A stretch of 64,000 nucleotides of DNA from the human T2T-CHM13v2.0 reference genome, Homo sapiens, in the NCBI RefSeq assembly GCF_009914755.1, contig NC_060925.1; one strand, 5' to 3'. Positions 1 to 12,812 of the stretch are shown here, piece after piece. Both the position numbers and the translations under genes were made by a program. Positions within the stretch are counted from its first letter, which is position 1. Each line of letters starts with the position of its first letter. The notes below the pieces were generated by a model, which worked only from the letters and a program-made list of their open reading frames with translations, ran no database searches and was not told the DNA's origin.

Positions 1-199
1 TGTTCAGATCCACACACATATTGAGGCTTCAAAACTGGCATAGAAGGGTCTCTTTTATAGAACCCCATGAGACTTATTCCTGTATTCTTGGTGAAACTTT
101 AAAAGGGGCTAATTTATATTTATCCCTAAGGGGTCAATGAAACTGATGGCAGCAATCTTCTTTTATAAATTGCAGATGAATAATTAATGAAATGTAATA

Positions 200-745
200 A
201 ATTATAATACTAGAAATGAAAAACAGAGAAGTATAATACCTGGTGTTCACAGGGTATGAAGAAAGAGACACTTTGTACACAGGATGTATGAGTTTAAATC
301 GGCATAACTGTTTCCGTCAAATTATAGTATTTGTCAGTAACTTTTGTAAAAGTTCATCCTCTTTGACCCAGCAATTCTAGTTGGAGAAATGTATCCAAAG
401 AAATCATGTATGTTTACAAAGACTTAGCTACAAAGTTGTTCAGTATATATTTGTTTAAAAATGAAAATATATATTGTAAAATTTTTAAAGGCTATGGAAT
501 AAATTATAGTGCATTCATTTGGTAACCATTTTATAGCCATTAAATAACAGTATTTTAGTAAATATTTAGTGATGTGCAAACACATATAGAATACACTATG
601 TAAAATTAGTGAAAAATATTCAGAGTATATATGCCTATGTTGAAATTGGAATGAAATGTATTCAATTATTCATGACAGTTATCTTTAGGTGGTGGGATTT
701 TAAAATTACTTTCCTGTATACTTACATTTTCTAAGTATTTATATT
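200..745 (+). mobile_element. Ancient L1 (L1ME-like) 3' fragment
   Basis: ctttgacccagcaattctag...aaatgtatccaaagaaat and later ggaataaattatagtgcattc resemble the L1 ORF2 end/3'UTR; highly diverged, boundaries approximate. Confidence 0.7.
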
Positions 746-3311
746 TATGATTGACATATCTGGTGCAGTATCCAAACTTCCCTTCAAAATTAAACTGCCA
801 CACTCATAGCCTTGTTCAGCAGACAGCTGCTCTTTGGGCATGGGTGGTTCTGATTGATCCAGGGAAACTTGCCTGGCCCCACATGACCTCATCCCTTAGG
901 TTGGCTGGTGAATCTTGGGATGGCACTACCTTTCACGGGTTGTGAGAGAGGGAAAGATGGGGATAAAGGGAGGCAGAGAGGGAAGGAGGGTGAGATGGTT
1001 GATCCCTAAAGCTGCCTCCATTTGAATCGTTTCCTAGTGGCAATTAAAGCAGATATGTACCTTGCAATAACTACCCCACTTCTCATCTGTTTCTTGTAAA
1101 CAACTACAAAAGCACAATACCAAGAAGCCTAATCTATTATAATCAGGAAATAATGCTAAATTTTGTTTTCAAATAAAGCTGTAGCAGGGTAATATCTTTT
1201 TATGCTTTCTGAATTATAAAAAGATAATTAGGCATATTTCATATTCTTGGCATTCTGTTGAGCAGCATGTACTTTTCTCAAGAGATTAAAGTTGTCTGCT
1301 CTGCTTCTCTATTTTAGTAATTCTGAGCAAATAACAATACTGTTTTATTTGAAGCTTGTATAAGACTTTCCCCCTACATGTGAGTCTTAATCTTACAGAA
1401 ATTCATTTATCATACCTCCTCCAATGCAGTTTTCTTTATTTATTAGTGCATATTCTTCCAAATGCATTTCTGAGAGTGGCATTTTAGTAACATCATTGAT
1501 CTCCAGCCCAGTGTGCTTTGGAAACTCTGAGAATCTACATGTGCTCTGCAAGCAGGAAATATTGTGTTAGAAGAAATAATGATTGAAGGGATGGATGACC
1601 AGAAGGAAGAGATATTAATATCCGTTATGTATGTTTCTTCCTGTCTGTCATATGCTTAGCACTGTGCCAGCCTCTGAGAAGTCATGATGATAAGGATGAT
1701 TTCTATTCTTAGGGAGCTTAAAATAATGTTATGTTGGACTGGAAGTCATCAGGTTCAGATCCTCCCTACGAGAAATCTATTTTCATGGGTGATCCTCTCC
1801 TGAAGGCTGGCCTGACCACCCTAGGATATGTGAAGCTCTGGAAAAATACATGGAGCCTTTGTCTATATAAACAATTTTAGTCACCTCAAATCACTGTTTC
1901 GGTCCCATTCTGGAGGCCCAACCTCATGCAGTCCTTCAAAAGACATTCCACACCAGTCAGTAAGAGTAATCAGCTTGCCAGGGCACCTGAAGCCCTGGAA
2001 TAACCCCACAGACGGGAATCTTAGAGCTCCTCAGGGCATCTAATTGGTTCCACACATGGGATAGAGGTTTGATTGAGATCCACGAGGGTCCCTGTCTTGG
2101 CATGGAAAGCCCTGCCTGGGTGACACTGTGGGCCTCACCTGTCTCAGGCACTGAAAGGGGACTAGAAAGTTTTGAGGAAGATCCTCCAAAGCACAGTCCC
2201 CATAAGGTGTGGGACTTGGGGCAGGAGTTCTTGCTCACCTAGGTCTAATGGCAGTACTAAAGGTAGACATTTCTCTTCATTTCCATTTTTCAGATGCCTT
2301 TCCCTCTGACTCACTTTGTCACATATATACCCACAGCATCCAAGGCACTAAACGTAATAAGTAATGACCTTGGTAATGGAAAATTCCACCTCCCTCCCTA
2401 GAGTCTGACATGCCATCACTACATTTCCAGACAGCTTATCATTAATGACAGCAGTATGAGCACATACGCATTTAAATTTACATTCCAAAGCTCCAGACAG
2501 ATAAGGGAACATGGATAAAAGCTCTTGCTCCTATATTCAGACCATATGACTCCAATATATATATAGACATATTTTATTCCACAACCACTTAACTGTGAGG
2601 TCATGATGCTGATGAGCCACATGGATTTCTTCTTATAAACCAAGAGCCATCCAGCAAATCAGGATCACTGAGATATTACTACCTGGACAGCACATGAACT
2701 TTCAGCCAAGTGCTAAAGACCATAGGCAGAAGTTCTGGCAGCTGGAGCCCCAGAGGATGAAAGTGGGAAACTGAAAGGAGATGGAGTCTAGTGCATCCTT
2801 TGTCCCAGATACAAAGACCCAAGTATGAGCCCTGTGGAAAGAAAGATCACTAGCGAAAGCTGAAGGAGCCTCTCTTCTTAGACATTCAGCGGCATAAGGC
2901 AACTCAGTGTAGCTTTAGAGCACAGGAGATGAGATGTGGTATATATTACATTAAAAGGTCACTGTTTTCCTTTTTGTGGTGCTTTTTCACAGAGTGGACC
3001 CCTGACCTACAGTTGCATCTTGAGGCTTGGTGACTTAGGGGGTACTAGGAGATGGTACTCTCAGCTCAGGTACCAGTGTCCTCATAATGAACAATGGCAG
3101 AGATGACAGTTGTCAGGTTTTCAAGAGTTCTGAGGATGTATGAATATCAGCTATTTATAAATGGGCATGAGAAAGGGAGAATAGAAGAGGTGCAGAATTG
3201 AACTGTGGCTGACAGACATCAGATCTTTTATTCATACTCCAAATTGACATAATATTTAATAGAGATCAAATTTCTTCTTCTGCTTCCCAGAAAAATATTT
3301 CTTAGAAAGAT

Positions 3312-3525
3312 GAAAAGAACTTAGGATTTAGCCATAGAACTGAATTCAACTCCTGGCTTTTCAGACTATGAATTGTCTTTTTTTTTTTTTTTATTAAAAC
3401 CCACCTCCTACACAAGAATTAATAGTCTTTGAACAAGCCATTTGATCCTTTGGAGACTTAGTTTCCTCATCTGTAACATGTGGAAAATATTGACTTCATA
3501 GAGGTAGTACAAGGATTAAATATGC
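3312..3525 (+). mobile_element. MIR SINE interrupted by a 50-bp insertion
   Basis: MIR core ttagtttcctcatctgtaacatg and downstream aaggattaaat; upstream tgaattcaactcctggct. Confidence 0.8.
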
Positions 3526-6099
3526 CTTATAAGTCTGTTACAAAATCGTTTGTGTTACTAGTCATATGGTCACTATTTTCTAAGAGCCTATAGTTATTGT
3601 GTTATTCAAAGGGTACATGAGGATATACTATCCTTGTTCTTCAAAAACATGGACTTATTTGCTGGATCCTCCCCCTGGTTGCCAGTTACAGTGGTAAATA
3701 ATTGGGTGCAAGTGCTTGTTTTCTACAAACAGTTGTTGGAGGAAGAAAACTCATTTCTTCAAGCCCTTTAAAAGCTACAAAACACTAATGCATGTCTGTG
3801 TGCCAGCAGTTTAGAAATGAGAGTTCCCACATTCCTTGCGCCTGGTTTCATTAGTTCACCCGCTTTGTTGGTGTTAAGGTTTTATAAATAATCAAGACAG
3901 GATTGATTTGTTCCATTTCAGCAAACTGTAAAAGAAAATAGTCAAGAAATTACTTCCATCATCATTTCCCCACCAATCACATTACTCTTTAAAATTGGGC
4001 ATAAGCCTATGTAGCCTTTCTCAATTAGGTAAATGATGATTTCATTTCAGTAATCTTCAGGGAAGTTATTTCTGGTTTTGTACAAACATGCCAAAATAAT
4101 GCAGCAGCCTTCATAAAGAGTTCAGTTTGATTTCTCTCTGGCTGAAGGGATACTTAAGATACAGAAAGACCTGACCACCAGTATTATTAGGATTTATGGT
4201 GTTTAGTTAGACCTACCTGGATGTGGCCTACAGTGATGGAAGGAACATCGAGGCAAGAATCAGAGCACGCAGGGTGCTTAAAGGTCTCTGGTACTGGGGT
4301 TTAAAAGCCTCTTAGGCAGAACGCTGGAAATTCCAGACTAGGGCTGCCTTTTAGATATGAATAGAGAAAGGGACAAGAATCTTTAACAAGAGTAGACCTA
4401 CTTTTGTAGGTTCTACATACTAGATATCCATATACAATCAATCTCATCCACCAATATAGTCTATAAAACCTTCTGTTGTCCAGATTTTCTCTATAACTTC
4501 CTAACTGATAGATCCTTGTACCTATGCCTGAATAGCTTCAGTGGCAGTTCTCCCAAGGCAGCTGTCTTTGGACTGGTATCCCTTATATTCTCTTCTAGTT
4601 CTATTAATCTATGCCAATGCATGAATGTAAACAGGAAATACAATGGTGTGAAGACATAGATTAAAGGCACTTGCCTACAATCTATAGCATCCCACAAAGT
4701 TACTTTTTTGTCTGTAGCCAATGCACACACAAACAATTTTAAATTTGTTTTTGTAATGTATTTTTAAAACGTGAAACTACCCCCTTTCTTTGACACAGGG
4801 TGTTGCTTTTTCTCTTCAAGAGAGAAAACATTCACATCAGGATTGATTTAATTTTTCCCCTTTTAAATCATAAACAGTCCTCGTACAAGAAACAGTAGCT
4901 GTTATTGATTAAAAGTTCATTTGCCTTGCCTGGGCTGATGATTGATACTTGGAGTACAGGAGGGGTGTTGGATTTGGGCTGGGGGATTGGAAGTGGGGCA
5001 ATTTTGTCACATTACCTGTTCTTTATAAGAGTGTTAGTGTTGGAGGAAATTTGGGTTTGGGGAGAGAGCTTTTTTCTCTGTGTAAATTTTAGTAGATGTT
5101 GGTCTACTTTTTTGTTTTGTTTTGTTTCTTGCCATTGCTGGGTTCACCAGCTTTAAGTACCTGTAGTGCACATGAGCTTGTGAGAGGTCCTCTAAGTGGG
5201 CTTTTAATGGTCTGTTGAATAAAGCAGCTACCAGTTCAGGAAATGCATGCATTTTATAGGTGCATATTTTCAAAGCTTCTATTTGTGAGTGCCAGTTGAG
5301 AAGTGCCTTTTTATGTGTTCTTCACAGACCCAGTATAGCAATAAAGACTGCCTCTGGAAGCATTAAAAAGCAAAGAAGAAATTTCCATGTTCCATTTATG
5401 CTTCTAATATAAAAAATAATAATTTTGTGGTTAAAAAAATCTTACCTTTGGAAAGTTATTTGAGCCCATCAGAAAATTACAATTTCACAGGCGTGGCAGT
5501 CAGATTCATTGAATACATTAGTCAGTGATATTTGTAATCAAGGCATGGGATCTTAAAGAAGGTAAGAAGTAATTAGTAGTTACAACAAAACTCTTAGTCT
5601 TCAGTTTTCTCATTTTTTTGTGTTGTGAACATTACCTCCCTTTTAGTTTTTAACTGTAGCAAACATGTACCACATACTAGAGATCCTTGAACTTGTCAGT
5701 TAGCAGAACATCTGGAAGTAATAGCAACCTTTGCACAACACCATTTAATATTGACATATTAAATTTAAAATAACAGAATATATAATATGACACCAGGTTT
5801 TATTAGATATTAATAAAGGCAATGGGTAACAGCACCAAATATTTAAGAAAAAAATGTGGTGGGAAACCTTAGATTTGAAAGATATTTTATTAAATTTATT
5901 TTTCTGAAAAATTAAAAAGATTGCTATTATTCATATTTAATGGCACAGCACCCTGACTAAAATTATGGGAAAATGGTCTTCCATAGAAGGTATAGCTTGG
6001 TAACAAGTATCATGAGTACAAACACATGAAAATTTTGAATAAGTTTGTAGAGAGCTTATGTATTATAAGTTTGACTTTTTCAAAGTTGCTTTAAAGTTC

Positions 6100-6950
6100 C
6101 TGGAATTGTCTAAGCCAAAAACCAAAGGGAAAATACAAATAAGCAAATGCTGATGGATTTGACTACACACAATGTAAAACCAGTTTGTTGCATAAAACAC
6201 TATAAGTAAAATTAAAAGGGAAAAAAAGACAAATTGGAAAAAATATTTGCAACATTTATTATAAAGCATTACTATAAAATGAGAATTTTTATAAATCAAT
6301 AAGTGAAAGACTAATACTCAGGTAAAAATTGGTGGGCAAAAAAGATAATAAGCTATTTATAAAAGAAGAAATACAAGCAGCCAATGTACACAGTAAAAAT
6401 TATTCAACATTATTGCAACAAAATGCAATGAAATAACATTTATTTCTACCAGCCTGCAGGTTTAGGGAAGTGGATGCAGTCATACACTGCTATGTATGTT
6501 GGCGCAATTTTCAGAAAAATAGTTTGGGATCGTCTATCAAAAGGCTTTAAAATGTTTATACCTTTAATGTAATAAATAGTTTCAATTCCAGACCTGTTGC
6601 TATCTCTCATTGTTTCCCTTACACCAACAGTTTTGCTGGCATTCATGGTATCACTATTTGCAACTGAAAAATTATAAACAAGTCTCATTGTCTAATCCTA
6701 AAGAACAGATTAAGTAAATTGTGATGCAGCACATGATATCATACTATGAGCTGTGTAATTATTATGCTATAGATCTTTCCTTATTGATATTAATTTGTAT
6801 TCTTAATATTAAATTTAAAATGAGCTTCAAAGATGTATTATGCTATGATTCTATTTCTGTTAAATTATATATGCAGATTCAAAAGCTGGAAGCTTGTATA
6901 TCAACTGTTTATGCCATTTTATCTGGGTGGGTTGAATTACACGTGTTTAT
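6100..6950 (+). mobile_element. Ancient L1M (L1MD/ME-like) ORF2 end and 3'UTR fragment
   Basis: gacaaattggaaaaaatatttgcaac, gggcaaaa...aaagaagaaatacaagcagccaat and catacactgct resemble L1 3' ORF2. Confidence 0.7.
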
Positions 6951-7502
6951 TTTGTTTTTCAGCCTAAACCTTTTCTTTTTCCTGTATTGATTATTTGTGT
7001 TAGACTGAGAAAAAAATGTATTTTAAGTTCCATCCTGCAGAAGCTGTCTAAGGAGATCAAATGACATATCTAGCTCAAGATATATCATTACCACTAACAA
7101 TCTTTTTTTCCTCTAAAAACAACTTCTCTTACAGATTCTTCCTTTCTAGAATGTTTTTCACCCATTTTATTCATGGGTCATCTCAGCCAGTGATGACTTT
7201 CATATTCTCCCAAGGGATCATAAGGTTTGTTTCTATGCAATAAACTCTCCCAATCACTAGTAATGAAATCAAACCACGCTAAATTAAGGTCTTTGTTAGA
7301 GAAAGGCCAAGTCAATGGATAGTTTTGTAGGATTTGAATGAATTGATGAAGAAATAAGTCAGACTCTTGGCTTTCATCTTACTTCCAGCCTCTGGAATAA
7401 GAATGTTAACTCAGCCAATTTAATGTTTAGGAAAATCAAAAAAAGAAAAAGAGAACAAAATTTTAAAACTTCCGTGTCCAAGCATTAAGATACTAACTGA
7501 TC

Positions 7503-7571
7503 AAGTCAAGATTGCACCACTGCACTCCAGCCGGGGTGACAGAGCGAGACTCTGTCTCAAAAAGAAAAAAA
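7503..7571 (+). mobile_element. Severely 5'-truncated Alu (3' ~55 nt plus poly(A)) with 16-bp TSD
   Basis: gattgcaccactgcactccagccggggtgacagagcgagactctgtctcaaaaa; TSD aagatactaactgatc (7487-7502) / aagatactcactgatc (7572-7587). Confidence 0.92.
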
Positions 7572-9611
7572 AAGATACTCACTGATCTTATTTTTGAGCA
7601 CCTATCCAAAGGAGATTAGAATGCTCAAAATCTGCTTAAAATGAATAAACTTGAAAGAAAAACAACAGAAACAATATACAGGTTTTGGAACTGGTGAGAC
7701 CTTGGGTGCTCCTAGATCAGCCATGCATCTTGCAAGGCTCTGAGCCCTGTACTCTTCCATCCTTGCATCTTGTAAGCTGTGAGAATAGATGAGGCATTTA
7801 ATCCTTCTGAGGTGAAATAATGCCAAAGTAAGGTTGTTAGAAATATTAAATAAAATTACATACATCTTGCATTAGACAATTGATAAATATCAGTTTCCTT
7901 CATCCCAGAAGATAAATATGAGGGCAGAGGAGGAGAAAGCAGGAAATCTCCCTCTTCTCTAACCCCCATGTTTGGAATTTCAGTGTGGTGGGGGAAATAT
8001 ATATGTGTTTGGAGGGAGATAAATGGGTATATGTTTGGGGAAGGAGAGAACATTTTAAGATAATTTTAACATCCATCTGAAAATAAGAACTAAGAAAAAT
8101 CCATGGTCATAAAGTATAGTAACTACTAAGATATTGTAGAGCCCAGGAAAGCTTTGGGCCTGCAACACATAGATCATTATTTTTGAGAGTCAGCAGGTTC
8201 TCCCCTTGCCCTGCCTGCCAGATGGTGCTGAGCAATCTTAGCTATGCCACTGAATGCCTACTTCAGTCTTGCTCTTTGCCAAATGAGAACACAATATTTT
8301 TTATCTCTTAGAATACACCAACAAAATATAATGATTTTAAAAAATGCTTTGGGTGCTAGAGAAGGTAGTATTTCCACCCAAATTATTGTAGTTTTTGTCA
8401 TTTTTGGTGTGGCTGAAGGTATGAGTTTTATCTTGGAAGTCCAAAGCTGGAAAAAATTCCATCTCAGTTCCAGTTAAAGTGAGAAATGCTATGGAGGAGA
8501 CCTGAAATTTTAGGAGCTCTTGAAGCATGATGAGTAAATAGGTAGGAAGTTTAATGAAAAATAAACATTTTGTGATGGTGGGGGCTAAGTTTGTGGGTTG
8601 GGAAAATAGGAATGAACATATGGTGTGTACCTCAAATGGATGTGGTTTGAGAGAGTTGCTGTGAATTAGGCATATCACAAATGTGAAACACATCTACCAC
8701 AAGGTCTACTATTGTGGGTTTGAATTTGAAATACTGAAGTGTTTCTTTAGGATCAAAGCTTTGGCAAGGGAAGGTGGGCACAGGGACAGGTTCCAGACTG
8801 GCCAGAAGCAAAAACTTCAACTTTTCCTCAGGAGACACGTAGTCTGAGAAAATGCTGTTGGTTGCTCAAGTATATATGTTCACATTTACTTTGGAGCATT
8901 TTTTTTTCCTATTGCTTAAGTAAAAATGCCTCTTCTTTAGAAATGAGCAATAGCTGGTAGCTGTTGATTTTCTGTCTCGGTGTCTCTTCTCCCCAGTCCT
9001 TTTGAGGCCTATTAGCACTTCCTGCCTGAACCCTCTGGAGGAAAGACAGAGAATATGCCTAATGAGTCGCAGTCTTTTTCTTCTACCATAAGCCTGGTTT
9101 ATGAAGTCAAAATGGCAAATAAAATATGAATGCTCATGTATTTAGAGGAGAAGAGGACCTGGATAGACAGGTCACTATCTCAAAGCAAAGAGAGCAGGAC
9201 CACTTGATTCCATCACAGCAGGAGCACCCAGCTGGCAAGGACAGCCCTCAGCATTCACACCAGATGTCTACTGAATCTTACAACCTTCTTGGGAAGTTAA
9301 TTTTAAAATAAAGGCAAAGCACACAACTGGCAAAGTTCCTGTGATGGAAATTGGAAATGTCAGGGAACAAAGAACACAGGAAATAAAAGTTCTCTTTAGG
9401 TGCAGCTCCCTGAGCTACATCCAAGAAGAGTAAGGCAAAATCCCATTCCCTGCCACAAACCCACCACTCATCCTGAAGGACTGAAACCCGGAGAGTAAGT
9501 TGGCCTTATTTTCTCTGCACCTCTTGACAATTCCCCATTCCTGCTCTCACAGCTTTCTTTTATTCCCTCCAAATGGAGGACTTTAAATAAAGTCCTTTCT
9601 CCTGTTAAGTG

Positions 9612-9745
9612 CAATAGAAGACTAACTCCTTGAGGCAGGGATTAGATGTTATTTATATTTGTATTCCTACTGCCCAGCAAAGAGACCTTCATATAGTAGG
9701 TGCTCAATAAATGTTTGTTTATTGTATGCATGAACAGATGCATTC
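9612..9745 (+). mobile_element. L2 3' end
   Basis: aactccttgaggcaggga...atatagtaggtgctcaataaatgtttg. Confidence 0.85.
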
Positions 9746-9759
9746 AATAATAATTCAAA

Positions 9760-9765
9760 GTGTGT

Positions 9766-9819
<54 letters not shown>
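9760..9819. repeat. (TG)n microsatellite, about 29 units with one interruption
   Basis: directly visible. Confidence 0.98.
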
Positions 9820-9822
<3 letters not shown>

Positions 9823-9879
9823 GGGTGGCAGTGGTGGGAAGACGTGTTCGAAGACTCTCCCCTAGGTCAGGGTACCTGG

Positions 9880-10040
9880 CATAAGACTGTCCATTTTATA
9901 TGAGCTATCTCACTCACTCCTTCCAATCCTACAAGGTAGGTCATCAGAACTTCTCAGGAGATGGAGGCATGTAGAGGTTAATGTCACATGTGAGCTATTG
10001 AGGGCTGATATTTAAATTGAGCACGTGCTCCTTCCCTACT
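9880..10040 (-). mobile_element. MIR fragment
   Basis: atcctacaaggtagg...atggaggcatgtagaggttaatgtcacatgtgagcta resembles the antisense MIR core. Confidence 0.6.
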
Positions 10041-10229
10041 ATGATGATTAAGACTCTCATTGATTACACCCTCTCAGATAATGATCCAGGCAGTGCTATG
10101 CCTACAAGATATGAGACTGGGTAAACCCCTTTATTGTGTAATTTTAAGAAAGGACTCCCAAAACTCAAATTGTTCCCACCTAATGCCTGAGAGACCAAAT
10201 TCATTCTACGTTCCTTTCTGAAGGAATCT

Positions 10230-10450
10230 CTGGACTCCAGAATTAGCAAAGATTACTGGCATTGAATCTTTGGGTGTATTTCCAGCATTTCCTCTAACTG
10301 GATATAATACTATGTGAATCACTTTGCCTTTCTGAGCTTCAGTTTGTTCAGGTCTCCAAAAGGAGTGTACAACATTGCCTATTCTCTCACCACAGAGGAA
10401 TGATATTGAATAAAAAATCCAATTAGATGAACTTCATAAAAAGATTTGAA
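10230..10450 (+). mobile_element. MIR fragment
   Basis: tcactttgcctttctgagcttcagtttgttca resembles the MIR core. Confidence 0.6.
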
Positions 10451-10454
10451 ATTT

Positions 10455-10545
10455 GCTAGATTGTTAAGAGAAGAGACCTGTCTTTTATTTTTGTAAACTT
10501 CACAACACCTGGGAAAGTGTTCAATAAATTTGTGAAATGGAGGAG
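10455..10545 (+). mobile_element. L2 3' end fragment
   Basis: ctagattgttaagagaagagacctgtc...gtgttcaataaatttgtgaaatg. Confidence 0.65.
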
Positions 10546-12219
10546 TTAGGATAACTTCATATTCAAATACAAAATTTTCATTTCTCTGGTTCAATTTAGA
10601 AAATTGTTAGTACAATCAGAAATAACAAAGATAGAAACAAAAATAGCCAGTCAATTTTATACTCTATTTCTCTTTCTACTAGATCAGGTGTTATCAACCT
10701 AATATAAGAATAAGCAAAAGATTTATTCAATTGTCCTCAGTGTTAGAACAAGATCGACAAGCTTAAGTGCAGGTGCCTGGCCTATCTGGTACAAGTTTAC
10801 TAGTCCTGGTTTCTGTTTTACCATATTCTCCTGTATGTAGTCCTTCTCTTGTGATCAGTGCCATCCCAGATGAAGTCTTTGGTTCTTAGAAACAAGAATT
10901 CTTGGTTAAAACGAAATTGCCAACATCAGCCTATGTGAATAGCCACCCCACAAGTTATGAATAAAGAAGGTCTTCAGAGCCACTGTCATGTCCTTCAAAC
11001 AATAACCAGCTTTTAGGAGACCATTTTTCTTTATTATGCCTCAACAATTGCCACTCTTCTTACCTAACTCAAGCTGTTTTCTTAGGCTTTTTCTTCAACA
11101 TTCCCTATGTAACATAGTACAAGGCTTGTAATATAAACTGAAAATAGAAAGGAGAAAAAGATGATAATCACCTTGATGGCAGTAGAGCAGAATAAATAGA
11201 TAAGTTAATTTTACCAGGTTTTTGAAACTGTCAGTAGTTTTCCCTTCACATTCCAAGGTAGCTAATATATTTTGTTTTCTTGATTGAGGGCTTTAGAATT
11301 TCAAGGAAGCAAGCAGAACCCAACAGATGCTCATAAGACAGCCATTGCGTTGATTGAGTTTTGGAGCTGAGGTCATTGAGGGGTGTAATAATAGATTGTT
11401 TCAAAGGGATAGAAGTGAGTTCTGGGAGGATTTGAAAGTATCTGGGTAGGGGAGAGATTTAGGGAGAGTCTCTCAGAAAGAAAATGGGAGTCTTGCAGGT
11501 CTAGGGAGCTTGGGAAGACAGTAGCCTGCCTGCTCTCTTTCAATGGCCTCTTCCTTTCCAGTGAACTGGGGAGGTGGCAATAACTTAGAGGACGCTGGTT
11601 TCCTGGTATATTTAAGAGGACAGTTTGGATATATGGAAGTTCCTAGCTTCAGCAAAAACACTAGAACCCAAGGCTGATATGGAAGTAGCAGGGCTGCCCA
11701 CCTTCAAGGGCACAGGTGTGCTTGGACGACAAACATATCAATGGTGACCAATGCCAACCAAAGACGAAAAGGTTACTCTTAATGTTCTGAGCTGCCTAAG
11801 ACTCTCACAGTTCTTGAATGATACCAGAGAGGTGAGATATTTCCTCTCTCACTATTCTCCAGGAATATCCTCTACCAATGTTACAAATGTCTGGGTTTTT
11901 ATCTTCTAATATCCTAATTAAATTAGTTTTGGAAAAATAAATTTATTTGCCATTTATTGCACCCTGGAATTATAAATTAAAGTTCATACTTGTTACAAAA
12001 TCAATATATAAGTTTAGGTCTAAGAATAGGTTATACAGCCCATGTAAAAATATGTGTAAGCAATTTACTAACATAAAAAAAGCCTCCTGATTCATAAATG
12101 TGGCTATAAAAAGACCTTTGGGAAATCCTGGCAGGGACTTTCTTTAGGACTCAACATTCAGCATCTTATTTAATTCCTGCTTATATTGATTTTTTTTACT
12201 AAAATTGTTTATTTCCTAA

Positions 12220-12320
12220 GTTATTTATACACGTTAACTAACTTAGCCACCTAATAAGCCCATGAGGTAGCTAATATTATTATCATTTTACAGATCATGG
12301 AACATGAGTGGCAAAGACAA
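12220..12320 (-). mobile_element. MIR fragment
   Basis: cccatgaggtagctaatattattatcattttacagatcatggaacatgag. Confidence 0.7.
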
Positions 12321-12737
12321 GACAAAACAATATAAGTCAAAAGACCCAGCACTTTTGAGTCCTCAACTGTAAGAAACCCCACTGTCTTTAAGAATGGTCC
12401 AGAAAAGCTGTGTGTGTTCCCACAGACTAGCAATTATTGATTCTAGCTCGTATGACAGGTGTCTTGGCAAACAGGAAATGGATGACAGAGCCTTATAACA
12501 ACTGTAATTTTAAGAGACAAATCAAGAAGACATGAGTATTGGATGAGGAACAGATGGCTTTCATCTTCCATTACTACAGCACATAGGAGAATGCATCAAG
12601 TCCACGTGGGTGTCAGAAAACAAAAATCTCTTTGTGTATCTAGCACTTAACACTCTCTCTTCTGCTTCAGGAAAAAAAGTAAACATGCCACAATAATTGA
12701 ACCTGCACACTTAAGGTTCTAATAATCAGATTCTCAT

Positions 12738-12812
12738 GAAGAGGAGAGGGGAGAGAAAGAAGAAGAGGAATTAAAAAGGAGGAGGAGGAGGGAAGAAAGA
12801 CAGAAAGAAAGA
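12738..12812. repeat. GA-rich low-complexity purine tract
   Basis: gaagaggagaggggagagaaagaagaagagg...ggaggaggaggag. Confidence 0.85.

Noticed and set aside
2270-2378. Possible + strand exon (ttccatttttcag| ... ttg|gtaatg); similar acceptor-like sites near 38880 and 59901
   Set aside because: Splice-like signals are common in T-rich DNA and cannot be supported without transcript data.
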